DNA of 64,000 bases, from the NCBI GenBank assembly GCA_965205265.1, contig CBDBGH010000003.1, positions 1,632,001 through 1,696,000 on the forward strand. Direction: 5' to 3'. The translations under genes and the position numbers were made by a program. This DNA comes from Alphaproteobacteria bacterium. Lineage in GTDB: Bacteria > Pseudomonadota > Alphaproteobacteria > Bin95. A model generated the notes under the pieces. The model ran no database searches, was not told the origin of the DNA, and saw only the letters and a list, made by a program, of their open reading frames with translations. This document shows, one piece after another, positions 1 to 10,849 of the stretch; position 1 is the first letter of the stretch; each line of letters opens with the position of its first letter.

Positions 1-433
1 ATACCCGGACTTGTTCCGGGTATCTCTCTCAAGCGGCTCTGCCGGGCGGCCGTATGGATGCCCGGAACAAGTCCGGGCATGACGATATGGGGGGCGGGCA
101 TGACGGGAACAGGGCTAGGCCGCCGGGCGTCGATCCGAGTCCCGATCCCGCCGAACCCCTCGAAACCCGGTTGAATCCAGGCCATGCGCTCTGTCCACAA
201 AATCCAAACCGGACAGCAATGGACTTGTTCCGGGTATCTCTCTCAAGCGGCTCTGCCGGGCGGCCGTATGAATGCCCGGAACAAGTCCGGGCATGACGAT
301 ATGGGGCGGGCATGACGGGGACAGGGCCGGGCCGCCGGGCGTCGATCCGAGTCCCGATCCTGCCGAACCCCTCGAAACCCGCTTGAATCCAAGCCATGCG
401 TTCTGTCCACCAAATCTAAGCCGGACAGCAGTG
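1..433. mobile_element. Two right halves of the REP-targeting MITE in tandem (probably nested; cut by the window edge)
   Basis: Units of 214 and 212 bp start at GGACTTGTTC (7, 221, 433). TIRs at 204-221 (CCAAACCGGACAGCAATG) and 416-433 (CTAAGCCGGACAGCAGTG). Near-identical to 21480-21699 and 38283-38503. Confidence 0.85.
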
Positions 434-510
434 GACTTGTTCCGGGCATCTTCCGCCACAGCTTCCGTCGGACGGCCGCATGGATACCCGGAACAAGTCC
501 GGGTATGACG
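434..510. repeat. Remainder of the target REP doublet
   Basis: GACTTGTTCCGGGCATC...GGATACCCGGAACAAGTCCGGGTATGACG, nearly identical to 38504-38580. Confidence 0.8.
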
Positions 511-540
511 GAGAGGACGCTACAGGAAGGATGGAACGGA

Positions 541-1005
541 ATGAGTTTGAACGAAGGCGACCCCGCCCCGGATTTCCAACTGCCTGCCGACGGCGGAAAC
601 ACCGTCGCGCTTGGAGACTATCGCGGGCGCAGGCTCGTGCTCTATTTCTACCCCCGCGACGACACCCCCGGCTGCACGACCGAGGCGCAGGCCTTTCGGG
701 ACGCATCTGAGGAGTTCGACCGGGCCGGCGCCGCCATTCTCGGCATATCCCCCGACACGCCGGCGAAACACGACCGCTTCAAGGCAAAACACGGCCTGCC
801 CTTCTCCCTCGGCTCGGACGAAGACAACGCCATGGCGGAAGCCTATGGCGTGTGGGTCGAGAAGCGGATGTACGGCCGCACCTATATGGGCATCGAGCGC
901 TCGACCTTCCTGATCGACGAGGCGGGCCGGATTGCGCGCATCTGGCGCAAGGTGCGCGTCAAGGGTCACGCCCAGGCGGTGCTCGACGCGCTCAACGGCG
1001 GTTGA
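541..1005 (+). CDS. bcp: Peroxiredoxin Bcp/PrxQ
   Basis: LYFYPRDDTPGCTTEA peroxidatic motif; GIERSTFLID. Confidence 0.95.
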   Translation: MSLNEGDPAPDFQLPADGGNTVALGDYRGRRLVLYFYPRDDTPGCTTEAQAFRDASEEFDRAGAAILGISPDTPAKHDRFKAKHGLPFSLGSDEDNAMAEAYGVWVEKRMYGRTYMGIERSTFLIDEAGRIARIWRKVRVKGHAQAVLDALNGG

Positions 1006-2209
1006 GGCCGCCGGCCAGCAACAGCAGCTTGGCACCGCCCATGACGGCGGCGCAGGCGAGGCCGATTTCGGCGAGTTCGGCGCCGGCATCCATCGCGCGG
1101 CCGAAGGCGGCCGGGGCAAGCGCGCTCGAAAACACCATCAGGACGAAATAGACCGAACGGATCGCGCCTAATTGCGCCACGCCGTAAACCTCCGCCCAGA
1201 TCGCGCCCAGCAGGGTTTGCGTCAGGCCGCCCGAAATGCCGAGCAGCGCCATGAAGAGGAAGGCGATCCACACGGCCTTGCCCGCCGAGAGCGCGAGGCA
1301 GGCCGCCATGAGCGGCAGCAACAGGGCCGGCAGCAGGGCGCGCGCGCTGAACCTGTCGATCGCAGGCCCGATGGCAAGCGACATTGCGATCTTGGCGGCG
1401 GCGAAGGCGGTGAAGGCGGCGGCGACGAGCTTCATGCTCCATCCCTGCTCCCCGGCGAGCGGCACGATGTGGAAGGCAAAGCCAGTGGAAACGAACGCGG
1501 GCACCAGCACCGCCGGCAGGGTCAGCAGGAAACGCCGGTCGCGGAACAGCATGCTCCAGGCGCCGATGCGCGCGGCGGCGGGCCGGACCGGCGGGGGCAT
1601 GCGCGGCAGCAGCAGCATGGCCGACGGCAGGATCGCCAGGACGAGCAGGGCGGAAGCGCCCCACCAGACCTCGCGCCAGCCGAGCCAGGCCGCGGCCGCA
1701 ACCGCAATAGGCGGCAGCAGGGCCTCGCCAAGCGGATGGCCGAGCATGACGACGCTCAACGCTTTGCCGCGGCCCCGGTCGAAATGACGGGCGGTTGCGG
1801 TATGGGCGGTGTGGGTAACGAGTCCCTGCCCGAAAAAGCGCAGCGCACAGAGCGCCGCCGTCAGCAGAAACACACCCGCTGCGCTTGCCATGACGGCGCA
1901 GGCGGCAGCCAGGCCAACAAGGGCGAAAGCGGCGTAGCGGCGCAGCGTAATGCGGTCGATCGCGCGCCCGGCGAAGGCGAAGGCGAATCCGCTGACGAGC
2001 GTGCCCGCCATGTAGAGCGAGCCGAACCCGGCATGGTCGAGCGCGAATTCGGCCCGGATCGAGGCGCCGAACAGCCCGATATAGAAGGTCTGCCCGAAGC
2101 TCGAGAAACAGGCCAGCAGGACTCCGAACCCGAGGAACGGCGCGTTCGCGGCGATGAAGCGGAAATAGGCTTGCAAGGACCTGACCGGTTGTGTCGCGTG
2201 CTTCGACAA
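992..2209 (-). CDS. MFS transporter
   Basis: About 12 hydrophobic segments, SSFGQTF N-terminus, GRAIDR motif A; start codon uncertain. Confidence 0.85.
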   Translation of the reverse strand: MSKHATQPVRSLQAYFRFIAANAPFLGFGVLLACFSSFGQTFYIGLFGASIRAEFALDHAGFGSLYMAGTLVSGFAFAFAGRAIDRITLRRYAAFALVGLAAACAVMASAAGVFLLTAALCALRFFGQGLVTHTAHTATARHFDRGRGKALSVVMLGHPLGEALLPPIAVAAAAWLGWREVWWGASALLVLAILPSAMLLLPRMPPPVRPAAARIGAWSMLFRDRRFLLTLPAVLVPAFVSTGFAFHIVPLAGEQGWSMKLVAAAFTAFAAAKIAMSLAIGPAIDRFSARALLPALLLPLMAACLALSAGKAVWIAFLFMALLGISGGLTQTLLGAIWAEVYGVAQLGAIRSVYFVLMVFSSALAPAAFGRAMDAGAELAEIGLACAAVMGGAKLLLLAGGLNRR

Positions 2210-2259
2210 GCCATAACCGGCCCGCCGGCAAAAATTAACGAGGAAACGGACGCATCTCC

Positions 2260-3045
2260 ATGTCGCACTCCGATTCGCTGTTCGATCTCTCGGGCGAGGT
2301 CGCCGTCGTCACCGGTTCCACCAAGGGCATCGGCAAGGCCATCGCCTGCCGCATGGCGGAGGCCGGCGCGCATGTCGTGGTCTCTTCGCGCAAGGCGGAT
2401 GTTTGCGATGCAGTGGCCGCCGAAATCAATGAAAAGTGGGCGCGAAACGGGGCGGAAGCGGTCTCCTGCCCGGCCCATGTCGGCCATAAGGACCAATTGC
2501 AGAAGCTGGTCGATTGCGCGGTGGATCGTTGGGGCAAGCTCACCATCGCGGTGCCCAACGCAGCGGCCAACCCCTATTACGGGCCGATAGCGGGAATCCC
2601 GGATTCGGCGTTCGACAAGATCATGGAGACGAATATCCGCTCCACCCACTGGCTGTGCATGCTCGCCCTGCCCCATATGGAAGCCGCCGGCAGCGGATCG
2701 ATCGTCATCATCGCCTCGATTGCCGGCCTGAAGGGCAACACCACGCTCGGCGCCTATGCGATCTCCAAGGTCGCCGAACACCAGATCGCGCGGAACATCG
2801 CCGTGGAATACGGCCCGAAGAACATCCGCGCCAACGCCATCGCGCCGGGCCTCATCAAGACCGATTTCGCCAGGGCGCTGTGGACGGACCCGGTGCGGCT
2901 GGAGGGCGTCAACAACGCGCTGCCGCTCAGGCGCATCGGCGATCCGGACGAAATCGGCTCGGTCGCCGTCTTCCTGGCCAGCCGGGCGGCATCCTATGTC
3001 ACCGGGCAGGTCATCAATGTCTGCGGCGGCGCCGCCGTTGTCTGA
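2260..3045 (+). CDS. SDR family oxidoreductase (DHRS4-like)
   Basis: TGSTKGIG, NAAANP, YAISK catalytic motif, NAIAPG. Confidence 0.95.
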   Translation: MSHSDSLFDLSGEVAVVTGSTKGIGKAIACRMAEAGAHVVVSSRKADVCDAVAAEINEKWARNGAEAVSCPAHVGHKDQLQKLVDCAVDRWGKLTIAVPNAAANPYYGPIAGIPDSAFDKIMETNIRSTHWLCMLALPHMEAAGSGSIVIIASIAGLKGNTTLGAYAISKVAEHQIARNIAVEYGPKNIRANAIAPGLIKTDFARALWTDPVRLEGVNNALPLRRIGDPDEIGSVAVFLASRAASYVTGQVINVCGGAAVV

Positions 3046-3052
3046 CCGGCCG

Positions 3053-4006
3053 ATGAAAATCGCCATCGCCGGGCTCGGAGCCATGGGCGGCATGATCGCC
3101 GCCCTGCTTGCGCGCGGCGGCGCGGAGGTGTCGGGCCTCGCGCGCGGCGCAACCCTGGAGGCGGTCCGGTCGCGCGGCCTGATCCTCGACTTCAAGGGCG
3201 CGCGGCACGAGGCGCGGATCGCCGTCGATGACAATCCCGCGGCGCTCGGCGTCCAGGACGCGGTCGTCATCGCCGTCAAGGAACCGGCCCTTGCGGGACT
3301 GGCGCCGTCGCTGACGCCGATGATCGGCCCTGAAACCGCCATCGTCACCGCCATGAACGGCCTGTCCTGGTGGTTCTTTCAAGGCCTCGGCGGCCGGCGA
3401 ATCGCCTGCCTGGACCCGAAGGGCGAGATCGAGGCGGCGCTGCCTTCGCGCCAGGCGGTCGGTGCCGTGCTGCATCTCTGGGCGACGGTGCCGGAGCCCG
3501 GCCGTATCGACGCCGGCCCCGGAGACCGGGTGATCCTCGGCAGTCCCGGCGCGATGGACCTGTCTGCGCTCGCCGCCGCCTTCGAGGCCGGCGGTTTCCA
3601 GGTGCAGCGCTCCGACGACATCCGCGCGGAGGTCTGGAGCAAGCTGCTCGGCAATCTCTCGGGCAATCCGATCAGCGCGGTCACGGGCGCGACGCTCGAC
3701 CGGATTCTCTCGCCCGATGGCACGCTCGACGCCGCCATGGCGCTGATGGCGGAGACAACGGCCGTCGGCCGCGCCATCGGCATCGAGCCGGTCATCTCGC
3801 TCGAGGCCCGCGTCGAGCTGGGCCGCAGCCTCGGCGCCTTCAAGACCTCCATGCTCCAGGATTTCGAGAACGCCAAGCCGCCCGAGATTGCCGCATTGCT
3901 TACCTGCGTCAGCGAAATCGGCGCGGCGGAGGGCGTGCCGACGCCGCTGATCGACGCCATGAGGGCCATCGTGACGCTGCGGGCGGAAACCGCCGGCCTC
4001 CTCTGA
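3053..4006 (+). CDS. panE: 2-dehydropantoate 2-reductase (PanE/ApbA family)
   Basis: MKIAIAGLGAMGG, AMNG, WSKLLGN, FKTSMLQD. Confidence 0.88.
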   Translation: MKIAIAGLGAMGGMIAALLARGGAEVSGLARGATLEAVRSRGLILDFKGARHEARIAVDDNPAALGVQDAVVIAVKEPALAGLAPSLTPMIGPETAIVTAMNGLSWWFFQGLGGRRIACLDPKGEIEAALPSRQAVGAVLHLWATVPEPGRIDAGPGDRVILGSPGAMDLSALAAAFEAGGFQVQRSDDIRAEVWSKLLGNLSGNPISAVTGATLDRILSPDGTLDAAMALMAETTAVGRAIGIEPVISLEARVELGRSLGAFKTSMLQDFENAKPPEIAALLTCVSEIGAAEGVPTPLIDAMRAIVTLRAETAGLL

Positions 4007-4054
4007 CCTGGAGACCCGCGCGGACTACGCATTTCCGCCGCTACAATCCCCGCC

Positions 4055-5257
4055 ATGCCGCGACCTTCACCAGCCGAGCGACGCTGCCTGTTCTGGATGT
4101 GCGTGCTGATCGGCGTCAACCAGCTCGGCTTCGGAGCGATCGTGCCGGTGCTGCCGCTCTACGCGCAGGCGTTCGGCGTCACCGCGTCCGCAGTCGGCAT
4201 GGCCGTCGCCATATACGGCCTGGCGCGCTTCCTCATTGCCATGCCCATCGGGCGATTGTCCGACATGCTCGGGCGCCGCACGGCGCTGGCGCTCGGCGGC
4301 CTCCTTTCTACGACCGGCAATCTGTGGTGCGCCTGGGCGGCCGACTTCCCGGAGTTCGTCGCCGCGCGCTTCATCGCCGGCGCGGGCGCGGGCGCGGTCA
4401 TAACGACCGGCCATGTCGTGCTCGCCGACATCACCCGGCCCGAATGGCGCGGGCGCGCCCTCGGCATCTACCAGGGTACGTTCATCTTCGCCGTCGGCAT
4501 CGGGCCGTTCCCCGGCGGTTGGCTGGCGGAGAACTGGGGCCTGGAAGCGCCTTTCGTCGCCTGCGGCCTCGCCAGCCTTGCGGCCGGCGCCATCGCCTGG
4601 TTCGCGGTCGGCGAAACCCGCGACATGGCAGGCAACGGACAGACGGCCGGACAGGACCCGGCCCCGGACTTCCTGCGGCAGTTGCGGCTCGTCTTCTCGA
4701 ACCGCGCCTTCCTGCTCGTGAGCTGGGTCGGCTTCATCAATGCCTTTTCGCGGACCGGCGGGCTGTTCACCATCGTGCCGCTCTTGGGCGCTTCCAGCCT
4801 CGGCCTCGGCACTGTCGAGATCGGCTTCGGCATCGCACTCGGCAGCGTTCTCGGCCTGCTTGCCGCCTGGCCGGCAGGCATGGTTTCGGACCGGTTCGGG
4901 CGCAAGAACGTGATCGTGCCCGCAACCGCGATTTCCGGCGGCGCGATGCTGCTGTTCGCGCTGGCGCCCTCCTATTTCTGGTTCGCGTGCGCGTGCGCGC
5001 TCTGGAGCGTCGCCACGTCGGTCGGCGGCGCGGCTCCGGCCGCCTATGCAGCCGACAACGCGCCTCCCGGCATGAACGCCGCCGCCATGAGCAGCTACCG
5101 CATGCTGGGGGATGCGGGCTATGTGCTGGGTCCCGTCCTGCTCGGCCTTGCGGTGGATGCCGGCGGCGACCGCGTGGCGCTTTACCTCGCCTCCGGCCTG
5201 CTTGTCGCGGCGGCGCTCGCATTCGCGGGCTTTGCGCGCGAGAGCCACCGTTTGTGA
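4055..5257 (+). CDS. MFS transporter (DHA1-like)
   Basis: GRLSDMLGRR motif A, 12 TM segments. Confidence 0.9.
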   Translation: MPRPSPAERRCLFWMCVLIGVNQLGFGAIVPVLPLYAQAFGVTASAVGMAVAIYGLARFLIAMPIGRLSDMLGRRTALALGGLLSTTGNLWCAWAADFPEFVAARFIAGAGAGAVITTGHVVLADITRPEWRGRALGIYQGTFIFAVGIGPFPGGWLAENWGLEAPFVACGLASLAAGAIAWFAVGETRDMAGNGQTAGQDPAPDFLRQLRLVFSNRAFLLVSWVGFINAFSRTGGLFTIVPLLGASSLGLGTVEIGFGIALGSVLGLLAAWPAGMVSDRFGRKNVIVPATAISGGAMLLFALAPSYFWFACACALWSVATSVGGAAPAAYAADNAPPGMNAAAMSSYRMLGDAGYVLGPVLLGLAVDAGGDRVALYLASGLLVAAALAFAGFARESHRL

Positions 5258-6783
5258 ACGCCGCCGCACCCGCGCGGATCACCGGCCGGCAGTGGCTGAT
5301 CGTCGTGACGGTGCAATCCGTCACCCTGCTTTTCGGCATCACGCTCACCAGCGTCACCGTCATCCTGCCGCAGATGAAGGGCGCGCTGTCGGCAACGCAG
5401 GACCAGATTTCCTGGGTGCTCACCCTCAACCTTGTCGCGACCGCGGTCGCCACGCCGCTCACCGGCTGGCTGTCCGGCAAGCTCGGCCAGCGCAATCTGC
5501 TGCTCGCATCCGTGCTCGGTTTCACCGGCGCATCCGTACTTTGCGGCTTCGCCGACTCGCTGGAAACGCTGATTGCGCTACGCGTCGTCCAGGGCGCATG
5601 CGGCGCGCCGATCTTTCCGCTGGGCCAGGCGATCCTGCTCGGCAGCTTCAACCGGGAGCAGCAGCCCTTCGTCGTGATGATGTGGGGCGTCGGAGGCGTG
5701 TTCGGGCCCATACTAGGGCCCACCTTCGGCGGCATTGTCGGCGAGCTGCTGGACTGGCGCTGGGCCTTCTTCCTGATCCTGCCGCTGGGCCTTGCCGCCT
5801 GCATCCCGATCTTGCTGGCCATCGACCACAGGGAGCGCGGCACGGCGCGGCGTTTCGACGCCGCCGGCTTCGTCATGATCGCCGTCGCCATCGGCGCCAC
5901 GCAGCTCTTCTTCGATCGCGGCCAGCGCAATGACTGGTTCGACTCGCTGGAAATCGCGGTCATGGCCGTTCTGGCAGTGGCGGGCTTCTATCTCTTCCTC
6001 GTCCACAGCTGGCTCGCGCGGGCGCCGTTGTTCGCCCCGGCGGCCTTCACCGACCGCAATTTCGTGCTGGGCCTCTTCTTCGCCTTCGTCATGGGCATGC
6101 TGCAGTTCACGCCCATGGTGCTGTTTCCGCCGCTGTTGCAGGAGTTGCGCGGCTATCCGGAGGCCGTTGTCGGCTACCTCATCGCGACCCGCGGCGTGGG
6201 CAACCTGCTGAGTTTCCTCATCGTGGCGCAATTCACCCGCCATGCCCCGCGCCTCTGCCTGGCGACCGGCATGGTCATACAGGCGGGCGCGGGCGTGTGG
6301 ATGGGGTCGCTCGACATCAACCTCAGGAGCGAGGACGTGTTCTGGTCGAACCTGATGCACGGCTTCGGCTTCGGCCTGTCCTACACGCCGCTGGCGATCC
6401 TGACCTTCTCCACCCTGCCGCCGGCCTATCTGACGCAGGGCAATGCCGTGTTCAGCCTGCTCAGAATGCTGGGCAGCAGCATCTTCATCTCGCTCACCCT
6501 GCTGCTTTTCGCGCACACGGCCGCAGAGGCGCGGGTGGCGCTGACAAGCATCGTCAGCGTGTTCGACTTCGGCCTGGGCGCCCCCTGGCTCGCGCCGTTT
6601 GCGGATGCCGGCGGCAGCGCCGATATCGGCCGGCTGGACCGCGCGCTCTTTCTCCAGTCCAGCATGATCGGCTATCTCAACACCTTCCACCTGCTGACGC
6701 TCGCGCCGCTCGCCGCCGCGCCGCTGGCCTTCCTGTTCGCTTCGCGCCGCGCCAATCCGATTGCCGCAGGCAACCGGTCCTGA
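5254..6783 (+). CDS. DHA2/EmrB family efflux MFS permease
   Basis: GTG start overlaps the previous TGA; [24 protein letters not shown]. Confidence 0.9.
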   Translation: MNAAAPARITGRQWLIVVTVQSVTLLFGITLTSVTVILPQMKGALSATQDQISWVLTLNLVATAVATPLTGWLSGKLGQRNLLLASVLGFTGASVLCGFADSLETLIALRVVQGACGAPIFPLGQAILLGSFNREQQPFVVMMWGVGGVFGPILGPTFGGIVGELLDWRWAFFLILPLGLAACIPILLAIDHRERGTARRFDAAGFVMIAVAIGATQLFFDRGQRNDWFDSLEIAVMAVLAVAGFYLFLVHSWLARAPLFAPAAFTDRNFVLGLFFAFVMGMLQFTPMVLFPPLLQELRGYPEAVVGYLIATRGVGNLLSFLIVAQFTRHAPRLCLATGMVIQAGAGVWMGSLDINLRSEDVFWSNLMHGFGFGLSYTPLAILTFSTLPPAYLTQGNAVFSLLRMLGSSIFISLTLLLFAHTAAEARVALTSIVSVFDFGLGAPWLAPFADAGGSADIGRLDRALFLQSSMIGYLNTFHLLTLAPLAAAPLAFLFASRRANPIAAGNRS

Positions 6784-6821
6784 TAGACCGGCAATCCCGT
6801 CATTCCGGAGCCCTGAATTCC

Positions 6822-8987
6822 ATGGTTGAGCGAGTGCGAATCGGACAAAGCCAGGTCGCCGCCGAGCTGCACGCCTTTGTCGAGAACGAGGTTCTGCCGG
6901 GCCTTGGCCTCGAAGGCGATGCGTTCTGGCAGGGCTTCGACGCCCTGCTGCACGATCTCGCACCCGTCAACCGCGCTCTGCTGGCCCGCCGCGAGGCGCT
7001 GCAGGCGGAGATCGACGCCTGGCACAAGGCCCGGCGCGGCCAGCCTATCGACGCGGACGCCTACCGGGCTTTCCTCTCGGAAATCGGCTATCTCGTGCCC
7101 GAGGGGCCCGATTTCAGCATCGAGACCTCCCATATCGACGAGGAGATCGCGACCGTTGCCGGCCCGCAGCTTGTCGTTCCGGTAACGAACGCCCGCTACG
7201 CGCTCAACGCCGCCAATGCGCGCTGGGGCAGCCTCTACGACGCGCTCTACGGCACGGACGCGATCCCTGAAGACGGCGGCGCCGTGCGCGCCGGCGGCTA
7301 CAACCCGGTACGCGGCGCGAAGGTTATCGCCTGGACGCGCGCCTTCCTCGACGAGACGGCCCCGCTCGCCGCCGGCTCGCACAGCGATGTCACCGCCTAC
7401 CGGGTCGAGGGCGGCACTCTTGTCGCCGGCCTGCCGGGCGGCGGGTCGCCGCTTGCGGAACCCGGCCTGTTCGCCGGCTACCGGGGCGATCCGGCGGCGC
7501 CCGAAGCCGTGCTGCTCCGCCATAACGGGCTGCATGTCGAGATCGCGATAGACCGCAGCCACCCCGTCGGGCGGGACGACAAGGCCGGCGTTTCGGATGT
7601 GCTGCTGGAAGCGGCCGTCACCACCATCGTGGACTGCGAGGATTCCATCGCCGCCGTCGATGCCGGAGACAAGGTGCTCGCCTACCGGAACTGGCTCGGC
7701 CTCATCAAGGGCGACCTCGCGGCGAGCTTCGACAAGGAGGGCGGGGCGGTCGAACGCCGCCTCAATCTCGACCGCTGCTATACGGGCGCAGGCGGCGGCG
7801 AGATCGTGCTGCCCGGCCGCTCGCTGATGCTCTGCCGCAATGTCGGCCACCTGATGACCAACCCGGCCGTGCTGGACGGCGATGGCCGGGAGGCCCCGGA
7901 AGGCATACTCGATGCCGTGTTCACCTGCACGATCGGGCTGCACGACATCAAGGGCAACGGGGCTTACGGCAACAGCCGCGCCGGCTCGATATACATCGTC
8001 AAGCCGAAGATGCACGGGCCGGAGGAAGTCGCCTTCGCGGATACGCTCTTCGCCCGCGTCGAGGACCTTCTGGGGCTGGAGCGCAACCGCATCAAGATCG
8101 GCATCATGGACGAGGAGCGGCGCACCACCGTCAACCTCAAGGAGTGCATCCGCGCCGCGCGCCATCGGGTCGCCTTCATCAATACGGGCTTCCTCGACCG
8201 GACCGGCGACGAGATCCACACTTCGATGGAAGCGGGCCCCATGATCCGCAAGGCGGACATGAAGGCCGCGCCGTGGCTCAGCACCTATGAGGACTGGAAT
8301 GTCGATATCGGCATCGCCTGCGGGCTGCGCGGCCGCGCCCAGATCGGCAAGGGCATGTGGGCCATGCCGGACCTGATGGCGGACATGCTGGAGCAGAAGA
8401 TCGGCCACCCGATGGCCGGCGCCGACACCGCCTGGGTGCCTTCGCCCACCGCCGCCACGCTGCATGCGACGCACTACCACCGCGTCAGGGTGGAGGAGCG
8501 CCAGGAAGCGGCCGCGGGCCGCGCGCGGGCCGATCTCGGCGCCATCCTGTCGATCCCGGTGGCGCCGCGCCCCAACTGGTCGCCGGAGGACATCCGCGCC
8601 GAGCTGGAGAACAACGCCCAGGGCATACTCGGCTATGTCGTGCGTTGGGTGGACCAGGGCATCGGCTGCTCGAAGGTGCCGGACATCAACGATATCGGCC
8701 TGATGGAGGACCGCGCCACCTGCCGCATCTCCAGCCAGCACATGGCCAATTGGCTGCACCACGGTATCTGCACCGAGGAGCAGGTCCAGGCGGTCATGCG
8801 CAAGATGGCGGAGGTGGTGGACCGGCAGAACGCCGGCGATCCGGCCTACACGCCGATGGCGCCCGCCTTCGACGGTCCGGCCTTCAAGGCCGCCTGCGAC
8901 CTTGTCTTCCAGGGCCGAGAACAGCCCTCCGGCTACACCGAACCGGTACTCCACCGCCGGCGTGCGGAGGCCAAGGCCGCCGGCTGA
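6822..8987 (+). CDS. glcB: Malate synthase G
   Basis: [39 protein letters not shown]. Confidence 0.98.
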   Translation: MVERVRIGQSQVAAELHAFVENEVLPGLGLEGDAFWQGFDALLHDLAPVNRALLARREALQAEIDAWHKARRGQPIDADAYRAFLSEIGYLVPEGPDFSIETSHIDEEIATVAGPQLVVPVTNARYALNAANARWGSLYDALYGTDAIPEDGGAVRAGGYNPVRGAKVIAWTRAFLDETAPLAAGSHSDVTAYRVEGGTLVAGLPGGGSPLAEPGLFAGYRGDPAAPEAVLLRHNGLHVEIAIDRSHPVGRDDKAGVSDVLLEAAVTTIVDCEDSIAAVDAGDKVLAYRNWLGLIKGDLAASFDKEGGAVERRLNLDRCYTGAGGGEIVLPGRSLMLCRNVGHLMTNPAVLDGDGREAPEGILDAVFTCTIGLHDIKGNGAYGNSRAGSIYIVKPKMHGPEEVAFADTLFARVEDLLGLERNRIKIGIMDEERRTTVNLKECIRAARHRVAFINTGFLDRTGDEIHTSMEAGPMIRKADMKAAPWLSTYEDWNVDIGIACGLRGRAQIGKGMWAMPDLMADMLEQKIGHPMAGADTAWVPSPTAATLHATHYHRVRVEERQEAAAGRARADLGAILSIPVAPRPNWSPEDIRAELENNAQGILGYVVRWVDQGIGCSKVPDINDIGLMEDRATCRISSQHMANWLHHGICTEEQVQAVMRKMAEVVDRQNAGDPAYTPMAPAFDGPAFKAACDLVFQGREQPSGYTEPVLHRRRAEAKAAG

Positions 8988-8996
8988 CGCTTCAGC

Positions 8997-9947
8997 CTAC
9001 ATCCCCCGGCCGAGGGCGAGAAAGCGTTCGCGGCGGGTGCGGCGGAGCGTGCTGCCGTCCATGCCGTCCAAATCCCGGAAGGCGTCCTCCAGGGCCTCGC
9101 CGAGAGAGGATATCGCCGCTTCGGGATTGCGGTGCGCGCCGCCCAGCGGCTCCCCGATCACGCGGTCGATGACGCCGAGGCCGAGCAGGTCCGCCGCCGT
9201 CAGCTTGAGCGCTTCGGCCGCCTCGGGCCCGTGCTCGCTGCTTCGCCACAGGATCGAGGCGCAGCCTTCGGGGGAAATCACCGAATAGATCGCATGCTCC
9301 AGCATCAACACACGGTCTGCGGACGCCAGCGCCACGGCCCCGCCGGAGCCGCCCTCGCCGATGACGGAGGCAATGAAGGGAACGCGCAGTTCGAGGCCGA
9401 TCTCGATGCAGCGCGCGATCGCTTCCGCCTGGCCGCGCTCCTCCGCCTCGACGCCCGGATAGGCCCCGGGCGTGTCCACGAAGGTCAGCACCGGAATGCC
9501 GAACCGGTCGGCAAGCCGCATCAGGCGTTGCGCCTTGCGGTAGCCTTCGGGATGCGCCATGCCGAAATTATGGCGCCGGCGGGATTCGAGGTCAGCGCCC
9601 TTCTCCTGCCCCAGCACGAGAACGGAGCGGCCGCGGAACCGTCCGATGCCGCCGACGACGGCCGCATCGTCGCGAAACGCCCGGTCGCCCGAGAGCGGCA
9701 GGAAACTCTCGATCAGCCCCTCCACAAAATGCGTGAGCCGCGGCCGCCCCGGATGGCGCGCCACCTGCACCCGCTGCCAGGGCGACAGCTTCGAATAGGT
9801 CTGGACCAGCAGCTTTTCGGCCTTGGAGCGCAGTTCGGCGATTTCTTCGGCGATGTTGAGGTCGTCGTTTCCCGTCAACTGGTTCAGCTCGTCGATCTTG
9901 GCTTCGAGCTCCAGGACCGGGCGTTCGAACTCCAGGGGCACCAGCAT
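8997..9947 (-). CDS. accA: Acetyl-CoA carboxylase carboxyltransferase alpha subunit
   Basis: NFGMAHPEGYRKA, DTPGAYPG, GEGGSGGA. Confidence 0.97.
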   Translation of the reverse strand: MLVPLEFERPVLELEAKIDELNQLTGNDDLNIAEEIAELRSKAEKLLVQTYSKLSPWQRVQVARHPGRPRLTHFVEGLIESFLPLSGDRAFRDDAAVVGGIGRFRGRSVLVLGQEKGADLESRRRHNFGMAHPEGYRKAQRLMRLADRFGIPVLTFVDTPGAYPGVEAEERGQAEAIARCIEIGLELRVPFIASVIGEGGSGGAVALASADRVLMLEHAIYSVISPEGCASILWRSSEHGPEAAEALKLTAADLLGLGVIDRVIGEPLGGAHRNPEAAISSLGEALEDAFRDLDGMDGSTLRRTRRERFLALGRGM

Positions 9948-10849
9948 CAGGAACCGTTCCTCGCTGCCAGCGGGTGATGATCGAAGACCGCGCGGCGCAA
10001 CTGGTCGTCCACGACATGGGTATAGATCTGCGTCGTCGCGATATCGGCGTGGCCGAGCAATTGCTGGAGGCTGCGCAGGTCGGCTCCGCCCTGCAGCAGA
10101 TGCGAGGCGAAGGCATGGCGCATGACATGCGGGGATACCCGGCGGCGGTCCAGGCCTGCGCGAACCGCCAGCCCGTCCAGCAGCTGGCCGATGCGCCGCC
10201 GCGTCAGATGGCCTTCCCTGCTGGCGGACGGGAACAGCCAGCGCGACTGCCCGCCCCGGCCGACGTAATGCGGGCGGACCTTGGTCCAGGCATCGATGGC
10301 GGCGCGCGCCGGGCGGCCCAGGGGCACGACCCGCTCGCGCCCGCCCTTGCCGCGCACGGTCAGCCAGGCGCGTCCGGGCGGCACATCCGACATGGCGAGG
10401 CCGACAAGTTCCGACACGCGCAAGCCCGCGCCATAGAGCAGTTCCACGATGCAATAGAGCCTGAGTTGCGCGGGGCCGTCCTGGCTCTCAATGGCTCCGA
10501 TCAGCCTGCTCACTTCCTCGACTCCGAGATGGCGCGGCAGCGGCCGGCCGGTCTTGGGCGCATCGAGCCGGTCGGCCGGATTGTCCTCCCGGTAGCCTTC
10601 CGCCGTGCAGAACAGGAAAAACTGGCGCAGCGCAGAGCGCCGCCGCGACACCGTCCGGGGTGACAATCCCGCTTGCAGCAGGTCGGCCAGGTAACGGCGC
10701 AGGTCCGCTTCCCCGGCTTCCTCCAGGCCGCCGCCGAACGAGGCTTCCGCATGTTCGAGGTCGCGGCGATAAGCGGCAACCGTGTTGGCCGCCGCCCCCC
10801 GTTCGACCGTCAGCGCCTCGAGGAAGGCGTTGAGAGCGCTGATGCTCAC
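9947..10849 (-). CDS. xerD: Tyrosine recombinase XerD
   Basis: LYGAGLRVSEL, SPHVMRHAFASHLL, LLGHADIATTQIY; conserved position next to accA. Confidence 0.93.
   Translation of the reverse strand: MSISALNAFLEALTVERGAAANTVAAYRRDLEHAEASFGGGLEEAGEADLRRYLADLLQAGLSPRTVSRRRSALRQFFLFCTAEGYREDNPADRLDAPKTGRPLPRHLGVEEVSRLIGAIESQDGPAQLRLYCIVELLYGAGLRVSELVGLAMSDVPPGRAWLTVRGKGGRERVVPLGRPARAAIDAWTKVRPHYVGRGGQSRWLFPSASREGHLTRRRIGQLLDGLAVRAGLDRRRVSPHVMRHAFASHLLQGGADLRSLQQLLGHADIATTQIYTHVVDDQLRRAVFDHHPLAARNGS

Noticed and set aside
1-510. CRISPR array
   Set aside because: The units are ~213 bp and near-identical, with no unique spacers and no cas genes; REP and MITE structure explains them
29-602. Short ORFs repeated at 29-602, 21306-21717 and 38100-38578 (MDARNKSGHD, MPGLVPGI)
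   Set aside because: They are translations of the REP/MITE repeats, with no RBS or protein-like features
3370-6783. 1137-aa ORF
   Set aside because: Only 5254-6783 is a real DHA2 permease; the upstream part is an off-frame shadow of panE and the MFS gene
9947-10849. Prophage or ICE integrase
   Set aside because: Motifs and position next to accA fit chromosomal XerD; no att sites or cargo
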